Source: Anthoceros angustus (lineage: Eukaryota; Plantae; Anthocerotophyta). From it: 64,000 nt of DNA. Both the position numbers and the translations under genes were made by a program. The notes under the pieces are model-generated. The model made no database searches and was not told the DNA's origin. It was given only the letters and a program-made list of their open reading frames with translations. The stretch is from NCBI GenBank assembly GCA_010909165.1, contig MU008159.1, forward strand, positions 1,984,001-2,048,000. The letters are read 5' to 3'. Positions 37,996 to 49,054 of the stretch are shown here, in pieces (position 1 is the stretch's first letter; each line of letters opens with the position of its first letter).

Positions 37996-39945
37996 TCAGA
38001 ACACTATCTTCTTCACAATGAGGACGAAAAGCATAAAAATGATGGCAGCAACCAGAACCATCACACATAAAACCATGCCTCCTTTTTTCTGGGTTCTCTC
38101 TGCCTGAAAATCAAACCACCCAACATGTCGCAATTGTCAGTCCAAGTCGCCGACGACTAAGCACTCTTCGTTCAATACAGCGTCTAGACAAATACATACT
38201 CATCAAACTCCTCCTCTCCACAAAACCAGATGATAGTAGGCTTTCAACCTACCTGCACCAGCTCTTTCACACCCTGCTCCACAGAAACTGCAACATTCTG
38301 AATGTTGAAGTCGATGCGATCCACAATGGTACCCTGGTTAACGTAAAGCATTGCAAATTGCATAAGAATGACAAACATATATGCTGTTGATTGTGTACAA
38401 CCTTCAATGGTTTCACTGAGCATCAAAGAGTTCATAACAACTGCATTGAGACAAACCTGATCAATAACAAGCGTAGAAAGCTCTTTCATGATTTGGGCCA
38501 AGTCATTCACAGAGGTCACAATCTGGAAACACAAGAAGGTCAAGCGATCAGCCTTCAGCACTGTATCATTCCAGCTGGCGGACCTATCTCATGGCCATTT
38601 CACCTACCTAACCATCTCAGCAGGGCCACACTGTGCACAATCGACTTGCCAATCACTATCACGACATGCACAAACCCTAAGTGTTTACAGGTGCCCTTCG
38701 GCAGCCAGACAAAAAGATGAGCCGTGCTCTCTTGTTAGATACCTGCGTGATTTCCTTCTCTCTCTCCTGCGAAACTGCTTCGCTCTGCTTGAGTAAGGCG
38801 ACTTGCTGCTCGTTAAATCCCTGCATAAGAAAGTTTCTTAGACTTCGTCCACATATTGCTGCAGAGTCAAAGGTCTCCTGCTGGAAACGCCATGACGGAC
38901 CCAGGCCGGAAATGATAGTGAACCTCACCGGGTCAAAAAATGAAGTATCCTCCTCTCGTCTGCTCTGCAAATTCACACCAATACCATCTGCTGATCCTCC
39001 CTGTTTTGTCACAAATCAGAGGTCAACCAACCTGTCGGTAACAGGTTCATGTCGTCAGAGTAAGGGTGTAATATGACACGGTGTGGGAGAGGCCACGAAA
39101 GAGCACCTCTTGTTGCTGTCGTAATCTTTGCAAATAGCCCTTCTGCTGCTTGCGAAACTCAATGGACAGGGTCTGCAAATCTGTGGCCAACGATCTCTGC
39201 AGCAAATATTGACAAGCTACGAGTAAAATGCTAGCTGTAAGGCAATAGATCTCCCCAACTTAACGCAGAGCTGCAATTTTGAGAAACCTACCTGCACATT
39301 CAGGCGTAGGTTTGCATCTTCCTGAGAGCCTGGTACTTTTGACAGTCGCTGAAGTCTCTGCTCACTCTTCTTCAACAATTTGGTCACCTCATTACTAAGT
39401 AGCTCTACAGTGTACTGGTCGCCAGCATCATCATCAAAGGTAGGCATCAAAGCCCTGCCATGTGCTTTAGCCAACTCTGCCATTTTGCTCCGTATAGTCT
39501 GCATGTCTGCTTGAACCTGCTCCGAGACATCTACCCAGGCTGGGGGGAGGCTGACAGCCACAGACCCTGCCCTACAACACAGTTCACCACAATTGAATCT
39601 TTTGATCTGCAAGCAGCACTCTCAATTCAAGTTCCAAGACCAAAACTGGTGCCAGCCTTCTCCTGGACGCGGCAAACAGCAGGCACGTACATGGACAGCA
39701 CTCTGATTGCTTCTTGACTACCTGATCGTGGAAAAAAAAAAACACAGATCAAGCAAGTGCCGGGGCAGACAAGCCAATGCATACCGAGAAGAGTCCGGGC
39801 CTCCAGGCTGCTTGAGCAGAGGAGCCGCAACCAGCTCTATACTAGCCCCGGCGGCGGAGGCAGACGAAGCTCCTGGAAAGGGCCGCACCTGCCGCAGCGC
39901 ATCTCGGTACTTCCGGAAAAGCGCCGTCTGATTCCGCGTGGCCAT
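37996..39945 (-). CDS. SYP4: Qa-SNARE syntaxin SYP4 family (SYP41/42/43, Tlg2-like), multi-exon
   Basis: MATRNQTALFRKYR N-peptide, LPPAWVDVSE, MAELAKAHGRALMPTF, RSLATDLQTLSIEFRK, SNARE motif SVNDLAQIMKELSTLVIDQ|GTIVDRIDFNI and a C-terminal TM anchor (GGMVLCVMVLVAAIIFMLFVLIVKKIVF*). Confidence 0.96.
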
Positions 39946-40929
39946 GGCGCCAGATCTGCTCCCCGATTAGCACAGGCACACCAGAATTTCACCAGATCCG
40001 ATCTCGCCAATGCGGCAGCGTCGCTCAGTACTGGAAATCGAGTCCGGTCGTGAAGCAGTGGCAGGCGCGTGGAAAAATGGCCAGGAGGTGAAGAGGGTCG
40101 AAAGGCACTGCGGAGGGAGGCGGCCATCGCTGCGTGTGCGAGCGACGGTCCATGGCACCATCCATGCAATGCACCAACCTCTCCTTCCGACGCTCCTGCT
40201 TCGAGTCCTGTGCCCCTCACGCTAGCTGCTCGTCCTCACTAACTATTATGCCCCGCCTGGATTTCGCCCTCTTCACACCTGACCTTTACCGTGCTTCTCG
40301 CTAAACCTCCTAGAACCAGCCCAGCAGGTCAGAAGTGGATTTACCGTGGGGATTTACCACATGCGCAGTAGTCACTGCAGTGGCTTGGATGCGTCACTCC
40401 AGGTACAGGCCTCGGCTGCTGCAATGTTTGGGTGATCCACCTACTTGCATTTGTTCCAGAAATCCTGTCATAACCGTTATTCTGGCTGTCTGTGCTCGAT
40501 TGCGGACCTGTATGCCTGTAGCGGATTGCTCGGAATGGGCGGTTGGCAGGAGCACAGTTTTTAATTCTTGTCTGCCTTGGGTGGTCCTGGAGCAGCTGCA
40601 GTGGTATGAGGGGTTACTTGATTGGTGCGACCACTTGAAAATCCTCTTCGGTAGCAGCAAGTTATGCAGCAGATCAAGGACATTGAAATCTTTCCCCGGG
40701 CTTTTGAGATTGCTAATCTGAGCTTGAAGTCATCGCTGCAGAGGGTAAGCCCGTACCCCGGATCTGCTTAAGAAAGTCCGCGAAAGGATGATGGTCAGAG
40801 GTAGCGGGTGACATCTTGCATTTCTGAGCTCAATTGGAAGCTGATTTTAGCACAGAAGTGGTGTGGAGGTGCAGGTTATGATTTAGGTGTTCATGTCAGC
40901 ATTTGAGTTCTGATATTACCTCAAAAGGC

Positions 40930-42943
40930 ATGGCTCGAGCACTGCTTAAGTCAAGGGAACTTGTAAGCCTTGCGTATGGCAGTTTTACAACTGTGAAGGT
41001 GTCTGTCTGTAAGGAGTTCCCTGTGTACAAGCACCCCTCTCTCAGTTCTTATCTTCTGGTGGATGCTGTCAAGGCGTGCAGAGAAGATTGGTTGAAACAC
41101 ATAACTCGTCTCCAGAGGGATGGCTGGATCAAGCATTTGCATCACATGGTTGGGGTCAGACCCAGCGTTGCTAAAACAGTGTCGACGAGTTCTCGGAGTT
41201 TTGGACCCTCCAAGGTGGATGTCAGGGGCTTTCTTACTGATAGTAGAAATGTGCAAGGTGTGGTGGTCCGTGAATTCCGCAAGGTCTCTACTAGTGGATC
41301 CTTTACTGGTCCAAGTCGGTCATTCTCCACTGCAACGAGAGCAGCTTGGTCTCGGCTTGGCTCCCGAATCAAGAGCGTCCAGAGTGCGAATCGGGGAAAC
41401 CTTGCATCAGGACGTAGGTTTTATCATATTGATGAAGAAGGGGTCCAGCATTTCAAGGCAAGAGGGCCACGTGCCTGGCTGGGAAGGCCACAGGGAGGCT
41501 ATCTGTCGAATAGGAGAGTCATTGTTGTTATTGTCCTTGCTAGTGGTTTTACATACATCTACTTCACGCACTTGGAGATTGTGCCTTACACCCACCGGAA
41601 GCACTTTGTGCTGTTGCCACCCATTTCGGAAATACAAATTGGAGAGAATGAGTTTGAGAATGTAAGTCATCTTCTTTGGCGTTAGTACCCTAGCATTCGT
41701 CGCAGTCTTCAGTTCTGTCTAGTAAAAGGAGTCTTCCTAGTCGGCTTTCTTATGCCTAGACCTGAGATTCTCTGGAACGTATCAAGTCACGTATGGGTTA
41801 TACCCCTGTTCATTGTCATCAAGCTATCCATCAGGTTACCAACTCAACTGTATGTGCAGCTAAAGAAGCAATGGAGAAGGGAGATGCTGCCACCAATTCA
41901 TCCGGCGACAATCCGTGTGCACAGAGTTGCAGAGAGAATTATAGAGTCAGTGATGGCTGCAGTTGGTCTGGGACAAAGGCAATGGGGAGGGCTGCATCAT
42001 GGTTTCCACAAACATCCAGATCCGATGTACTTGGGACCTGGAGGCGGTAGTCCAGAACGTGTGCTTCATTCCCATGCAGACCCTGTGGACGTGTATGGTG
42101 ATGAATATCTTGATGAAGAATGGGTGGAGCAGAGCAGAGAGAAGGGATTGCAGAAAGGCCAGGAGCCAGACTTGAGGCACATCAAGCTGATGAAATGGGA
42201 AATTATCGTGGTTGATCTTCCTGTGCTTAATGCAATGTGTTTACCAGGCGGGAAGATTGTTGTCTTTACAGGTCTCCTTGATAAGTTTCCATCGGATACT
42301 GAGATCGCAACTGTACTAGGTCATGAGGTGAGCAAGCTATCAGTGATGCCATCGAAAATGAGACAGTACCTGCTGCTTCATCATTTTCATCATTCTGTAC
42401 TGATTTACATGCAGATTGCCCATGCGGTTGCACGACATGTGGGAGAGAAGCTAACGCAGGCAGTTTGGTTGGGGTTCCTAAAGCTTACTGCCTTGGTTTT
42501 CTTCAATATGCCTGCCATCATCAATGACATTTCGGATCTCCTTATTGCACTTCCCTATTCAAGAAAGTAAGCATGCCTTACTCTAGGCACAGTGTTCAGC
42601 AACCAAGTGGCTCCTTTCACCTTGCCAAGAAAGTTGAGTGAACTGAGTTGCAACATCCACCTGAATAAATGGATCTCCTCTGTTTTGCAGAATGGAAATG
42701 GAAGCAGACCATATCGGGTTGATTTTGATGGCTGCATCAGGTTATAATCCGCTGCTTGCACCATCATTTTATGAGAAGCTGGGAAAGTTTGAGAAGGCCC
42801 CTGAATATCTACAGTATCTGTCAACTCATCCATCGGGGAAGAAAAGGGGAGAGTCTCTCAGAGATAGTGAGACTATGAAACGTGCAATACGTTTGTACGA
42901 GGAACGACTACAGGGGCACCTCGACCTTCGCCGCTATCTTTGA
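40930..42943 (+). CDS. OMA1: Mitochondrial peptidase M48 (OMA1-like); 4 exons (40930-41661, 41860-42327, 42415-42566, 42691-42943)
   Basis: R/S-rich presequence, TM segment, VPYTHRKHFVLL, NAMCLPGGKIVVFTGLL, HExxH split by an intron (GHE|IAH), and SRKMEMEADHIG. All phases are compatible. Confidence 0.93.
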
Positions 42944-43512
42944 TGCGCAAGAAGTTCCTCAGGGGAAAAACCCAGTCGAGGTAAGTGTTCGAAAATGCTA
43001 TACCATGGCTGGAATAGCGGGTGGGATGATCGAGGGAGATACCCAGTCCTGGATTAGCTGGTTTACAGGAGGTTGCCGCGCTTCGTTCTGGAAAGAGCGT
43101 TTACTCGATGTGTTGGTTTTAGCCATGTGTTTCTTTGTGTTGACAGGAAGCACCCAAGTTTTGTCTGACACAAAGGTTGTCTGCCGCTGCTGGTGAAATG
43201 CATATAAGTTCGTCCAGAGTCAACCGAACAAGCAAATTGTATATTCATGTACTGTGCTGCTCTTTTATTTTTATGAAAGACTTGTAGCTGTCGCGACAAT
43301 AGTTTGTCTGGAGGATGCTGTTTTTCACAGACTTTGCACCAGCCACCCCAGAAGCTGGCAGGGCTATTATCAATGTTATGAATGTGAGAAAGAATGTACG
43401 ACAATGTCGTGCACAATAACCAAAATTCGTTCACGGCAAGACACATTTGCCACTGAACGGATCAATATACAAACGACGCAGATGCATGAGGTCGGGCAGA
43501 ACCTCGTCCAAA

Positions 43513-46500
43513 TTACTTTGCAATAGGCAGCTTGCCACTGTGTTCATCCTTCCGTTGAAGTGGAAGCTTGGTCTGATGTATGAGGCACACATTACGTCCA
43601 CCGATCAGGAGGCTATTCATCCGAAGTTCTGCTGATCAGGACGGAATTCACTACACTGGAACAAAAGCAAGGAAAATGCGAACGCACCTTGACTGGAACA
43701 AGGCCAGGGGCCTGGGGGATTTTCGATGCGGTTGCAGGAGCTCGCGGAATGGTTGGTGTTGCTTTCGGTGCTGCCAGAGGACCTCTGGAGGAAGCTTTTG
43801 GCGTAGTCACAGGAGATTTCGCTGTCCCGGAGGTCCCTAATGCGGATTTGGATGCTATGGTCAGGGGACCTTTGGGAGCTGAGAGAGGGGCTCGAGGAGA
43901 GGGGACTCGAGGTGCTGACAGAGGGGCTCGGGGAGTAACAGACTTGGTAGCGCTAGGAATCTTGGTAGCCACAGGCTGAAGAACAATGGGTACATCCCTC
44001 ACCCTTGGCACAAAAGTAGGTGTAAGGGCTGCATTCCGGAGAGTACCATTCAGGACTTTTGGCTTCTCTGACACAACAAGCTCTTCTGGTGGATCGACTA
44101 CACTAGGGGGTTGAGGAGTCTCTAACACCTTAGGGGGTTGAGGAGTCTCTAACACCTTAGGGGGTTGAGGAGACTCTAACACCTTAGGGGGTTGAGGAGA
44201 CTCTAACACCTTGGGGGGTTGAGGAGACTCTAACACCTTAGGGGGTAGAGGAGACTCTAACACCTTAGGGGGTTGAGGAGACTCTAACACGGCTGTTGAC
44301 TCTGCCGGCACACCCGAAGGTGGACTTCTAGGAGAAAGTGACACAGCCAGACTGACAGGCTCCGCTGCAGTTGGTGACGGCTGGGAGAGGTGGTCATCCT
44401 CTCCCGAGCCGACAGCCTCGACGGTGTCAAGAGCCTCCGGACTTCGAACATAAGCATGCTTGAATCGCCTGTTCAGAGCTGCATTCTGCTCCTTCGGGGA
44501 GACGGTTTTAGGACCGGCTAAGGAAAGTCTTTTCAACCGCTTGTTATTCACCATAGGTGATAGAGAGGGAAGAGGTTTTCCCAAAGCCTTTGGCTTGGAG
44601 TCTGGTGACTCGCTAACAGGTTTAGCGGCAACAGTAGTGACGGGCTTCAGATCATTTCCTGCCAACAACGAAGTGTGTCACCTCCTTGAACAGCGCAACC
44701 GAAGGACAAAAACAAACCCAAGGAAGGAACAGGCTGGAAGTTCAATAACCTCGACTTGACAGAACTGCTCGAGGCGGCCTAACAACTGCAGACACATCCG
44801 ATTTAGGGACCCGCGGGGCAGCTACCCTTACACTCGCCACACCTGCCGATTCAGGTTAGGCGCTTTGAACCTCCGACCAATCCTACCAGTAACAGGACAG
44901 AATGAAAGAATGGCACCAGGGTAGAGGTGTACCAGATTGGCGCTTGACAGATACTACGGGTCCATTTGACGTGGGTATGGCAATGCGAACAGGGCTCGGA
45001 GCCCTTACTTTGAGCCCAGTAGCTGACCTTGCAAGATTGACCTTGGGTATTCTTGATTGTGGACTTGTTGGCTCTGAAATGCAAACCAGGCCGTGGCCCT
45101 CTCACCGTCAGTACCGTAGTGAGACCATGCATAGGCAACCGTGAACCTCTTACAAATACCTGGTTGCTCCCCCATTGTCTTTCTTCTGGGGACATATAAA
45201 CGAATAGAGGGAGGTGCCAGGTGATAATGTGCACGCACAAGGGGGTGAATCAAGACCTCCTTGGACGACAGTCTCCATGCCTGCCACAGGCATTCATTCA
45301 GAACAAAAAATATAGTACCACCGGCACAACTTTCAGTTATCAAAACAGGGCAAAAGAAGGCCGTACCTGGTCCGTATTCAACAAGTGCTTCAATACAGTA
45401 GTAAGTCCACTGCTAAAATGCGCTGGTATTGGTGGATATTCACCCTGCAGAAGCTGTAAACGAACTGGTGTCATCAGCTCCGTAACCGCACCTGTCAAAG
45501 CAGTCTACGGCCCAAAGAGTTGCTATGTGGTTACCTTGGCCCTCAGGTCAAATAAAGTTTGCCCTCGGAAGGGTATGGACAACGCAGCCAGCTCATAAAG
45601 AACACAACCAAGGGCCCACATATCACTGCTGAAAGTGTATGGTTCGTTCTTCCAAATCTGAGGACACTCATCATCGTCAGTCGGGTATTGCCTACAATGG
45701 GAAAAACGGAGATAAGGCGTACCAGACACATGAGAGCTTTGACACAATACCTCGGGAGCCATGTAATGGGGTGTTCCAATCTGAGTGGTGCCCATGGACT
45801 GCTTGAGCAGCTTCGGTACCTGGAGCCGAAACAGGCCAATGTTAGCAACTCTGCTTTGCTTCTACAGAAGATGAGAATTTCGACTGAGACTAGCAAGCTG
45901 TTCAGACAGCTGCTCCCCAACACGCAAAGCTAGTTTTGACTGAAAGAGCATACCCCAAGATCTCCAATTTTTATGGAGTTACTGTCAAGTAGCATCACGT
46001 TTGCTGATTTTATGTCCCTGCACAGAGAAGGATGTCCATCCATGATCAATCTAATGGCAACAGACACAGGCAGCAGAATCCGAAGTAGTGACCCAAGTTC
46101 CAAACTATTGATCAGAAGTTGAAATCAAAAGTTGACTCCAAAGTTGAAGATCATGGGATAGCAGAAGTACCTGTGGATTAGCTGGTATGAATGTAGAGCC
46201 ACTAATCCTCGAAGAATCTGTTGAACCCGTTATCAAGGTGGCCAGTCAGACGCCATGGTCACCCAGTAACATTATGGATTGAAGGAGTTGGTTGAAGCCT
46301 CCATGACTGTGCGTACTTACCTGAATGAAATATGACCAAACCTGCGCCTCATCAAAGAGCTGAGCACGATTCCTGCAGTCACCGCATCATCGTCAGCAGG
46401 TTGTAGTCAATAGAAGATGAAGCAAGGCCCCATTCCCACCACTGCTGCGCTTAGTGATAAGCTCAAACCTGATAAGCTTGGCTAGGTCGCCTCGTTCGCA

Positions 46501-47020
46501 GTATTCCATAACAGTGTACAGTTTGTCACCTTCCACGAAGGCATCGTAGTACTTGATCTGGTGTACAGGCGAAACTGCAGGTATGAATTATACGGGGAAA
46601 GCTGAAGTCCACTCAATTCCAGCATGGGAACAGTCTCAAAGGATGAGAGCCATTAGGAGCGATCCAGGCATACCACATTCTGGTGCCTCACAGTCGTCAG
46701 TAGGTGAATCTGTTTGACAGCTTCATCTCGTTCTTCCTAAACACAGCTGGCACCTGTAAGGCACATCCAGCTAGAAGTAGAACCTCGAAGGCAATGCTGG
46801 GGATGCAGGAATCACAGACCTGAGACATGTGCACGACAGTGCATTCCTTCATGGCACAAATCAAGCCATCAGCGATTCTTCTGACCTTGTGCACAGTACC
46901 ATGAGATCCTTTTCCCACCAGTCCCTTCACAACATAGTGCTTCTGAACTATGGACTGCGCCTTCTCAGCCTGCTTGCCCTGACTTGGGCCTGTCTCTTTC
47001 TCACCTTTCGGTTTCCCCAT
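43513..47020 (-). CDS. NIMA-related (NEK) kinase of the ciliary CNK2/FA2-like type with long Pro/Ser-rich C-terminus; multi-exon
   Basis: Exons give [21 protein letters not shown]|[33 protein letters not shown]|[12 protein letters not shown]|DIKSAN, KIGDLG|[13 protein letters not shown]|[20 protein letters not shown]. The tail includes the 43687-44660 exon. The last exon (43572-43513, [19 protein letters not shown]) and the exons at 44700-45100 are less certain. Confidence 0.88.
44104..44290 (-). repeat. Coding 27-bp tandem repeat x7 (VLE[S/T]P[Q/L]PPK)
   Basis: TAGGGGGTTGAGGAG(T/A)CTCTAACACCT units, in frame in ORF 43613-44668. Confidence 0.95.
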
Positions 47021-48357
47021 TATCACCTGCCCTACTACCGAAGAGCCAGAAGGTGATTCCCGATCCCTTCCTTAAAAAAGCACCATCCCAGCAAGTGCCC
47101 TGCTGCCTTCATTCAGTGCCTTCCCGACTCCCACCACTTGCGTGGCAGATCCGATCCCGCTTTCCTCCAATTCTCCTTGGGACACATCTGCGACAAACCT
47201 CCCACCTTTCTGAAACGAACAACACAATATCAGTCAGTCCTCCCAACGATCGGAACTCCACATCCAGCACCATTGCAGCACAGACCGAGGCAGCTCACCT
47301 CCGATCTTCAACAGGAGATGCGCATGCAATAATTTAAAAGCCTCCTCCTTCCGATGCCGGATCAAGCACCCCACCTGCCCAACACGAATTCAGCGACCAG
47401 AAAGACGAGAATGCGCGGCACCCAGCTGCACCACAGCCCACCGATCCCATCGCTACCGCGGCCCTAACCTGAAACCCACCAAGATCGCCTACGCGAAGCT
47501 GAATGGAGGAGCAGCAGAAGCACCGCAAGTCCCTCCGATCACATCAACTCCAACAACAGATCTGTGAGCCAACCCTGGGCGGATCGAGAGCGGGGAGCGG
47601 CAGGGGGCGAGGGCGGGGTACGCAGCGCGCGATGGCCGCAGCAGAGCGAGAAATTAGCAAGAGCTGGCAGTGGCGAGGAAGAGCGGGTGCAGCGTGCGGA
47701 GCGCGGGAACAGGAGGCCCGAGGCCGCAGGGGCAGGACAGTGCCAGCATGCGCCCAGCCACGTCAGACTCCAGCATGCGCCACGTTGGCGATGCCTACCC
47801 GCACGACGTAACCCGTTCCGTTTTCGTTGATCCGGAGGGTGACCGGGGTGCAGCCGGTGGGAGCAGTGGGACGGCGGGACAAGGACAATGATGGGCGCCA
47901 CCTATCGTGGGCGCACGACCGGTTGCCGTGACTTCTCGGCTTTCCTTTCCTCTCCGCCCCAGAAGGCCTTCATGTCGTCCACAGCAGCCAACGTGCGGCC
48001 TGGCCCGCTTTCCTCTCCTAACGGTGCAGACCAGCCGCACCCCCAGATCTCCTGCCTGCATATTCTCAGCAACCGGTTGGCTTGGTGGGGGTAAGAAAAG
48101 AACTTAGTGGGCTTCGCATTTCGTGGGAAATTGCATCAAGTCTCGTAGTGCAGCATCATGCAACAGGATCAAGGGTACGCATTTGGGAGAAGGAAAGCAT
48201 ACACACTGTGTTGCGTGTGACATGTGAGAGAGAAAGGGTGGCCAGCCAGATACATGGCCTTTAGAGTCTAGCGTTGAAGCATCTGTATGTAGCATATGTA
48301 CATGGTGGAACAGCGTAAGACAAGACACTAACACAAGACACCCTGCAGACTTGCCCC

Positions 48358-48412
48358 CGCCTTGCTTTGCCTTGCCTTGCCTTGCCTTGCCTTGCCTTGC
48401 CTTGCCTTGCCT
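48358..48412. repeat. (CTTGC)n microsatellite
   Basis: About 10 pentamer units. Confidence 0.95.
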
Positions 48413-48902
48413 CTCCTCCCGTCTTCTCTCCTCGGCTGGCCCTGCCTTGGCTGTTTGCAAAAGACGCCCCACTTCATGATCATCTTCCTCTAGCAGAACA
48501 TAGTGAGTTCTGGGTCCCTTGACACACTCCGATGCACCTCCTCACAACCTAGCACTAGAGGCAACTGGGCTGCAGTGACAACATGCATAGTTGGGGCTTG
48601 TGAAAAGTTTGAAGATCCTGCCTTCTTCCATGACTGCAATGAGCAATTGACGAGTCACCTGCAGGCCCCGCGTCCGCCCTCCCTCTTCCTTCCCTGTGCA
48701 GCAGCAGCAGCAGGACTCAAACAAGTCTTCCCTTCACTTGTGGTCTTGTTGCGCGTATATCGGGTAACCCACTTGTCAGCTTGCACATGGAGGTGGCAGG
48801 CATCTGGGCAGTCCATATTTGGGAGAAACCCCAACTCCAACCGTGGTGGGCAGGGCAGAGACAGCAACGGATTCATCGCAACCACCATTCCGGGACGTGG
48901 CT

Positions 48903-48960
48903 CCAGCCCAGCCCAGCCGAGCCCAGCCGAGCCCAGCCGAGCCCAGCCCAGCCCAGCCCG
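48903..48960. repeat. (GCCCA/GCCGA)n compound microsatellite in the 3' region of the second AGC kinase
   Basis: About 11 pentamer units. Confidence 0.9.
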
Positions 48961-49054
48961 CCACCCTGGGGGGGGGCCGGGCCTGGGCAAACTGGGCACC
49001 AACAGGCAGGCAGAAACCCCATAGATCGCTTCTTCTGCAGAAAGACCCTCCAGA

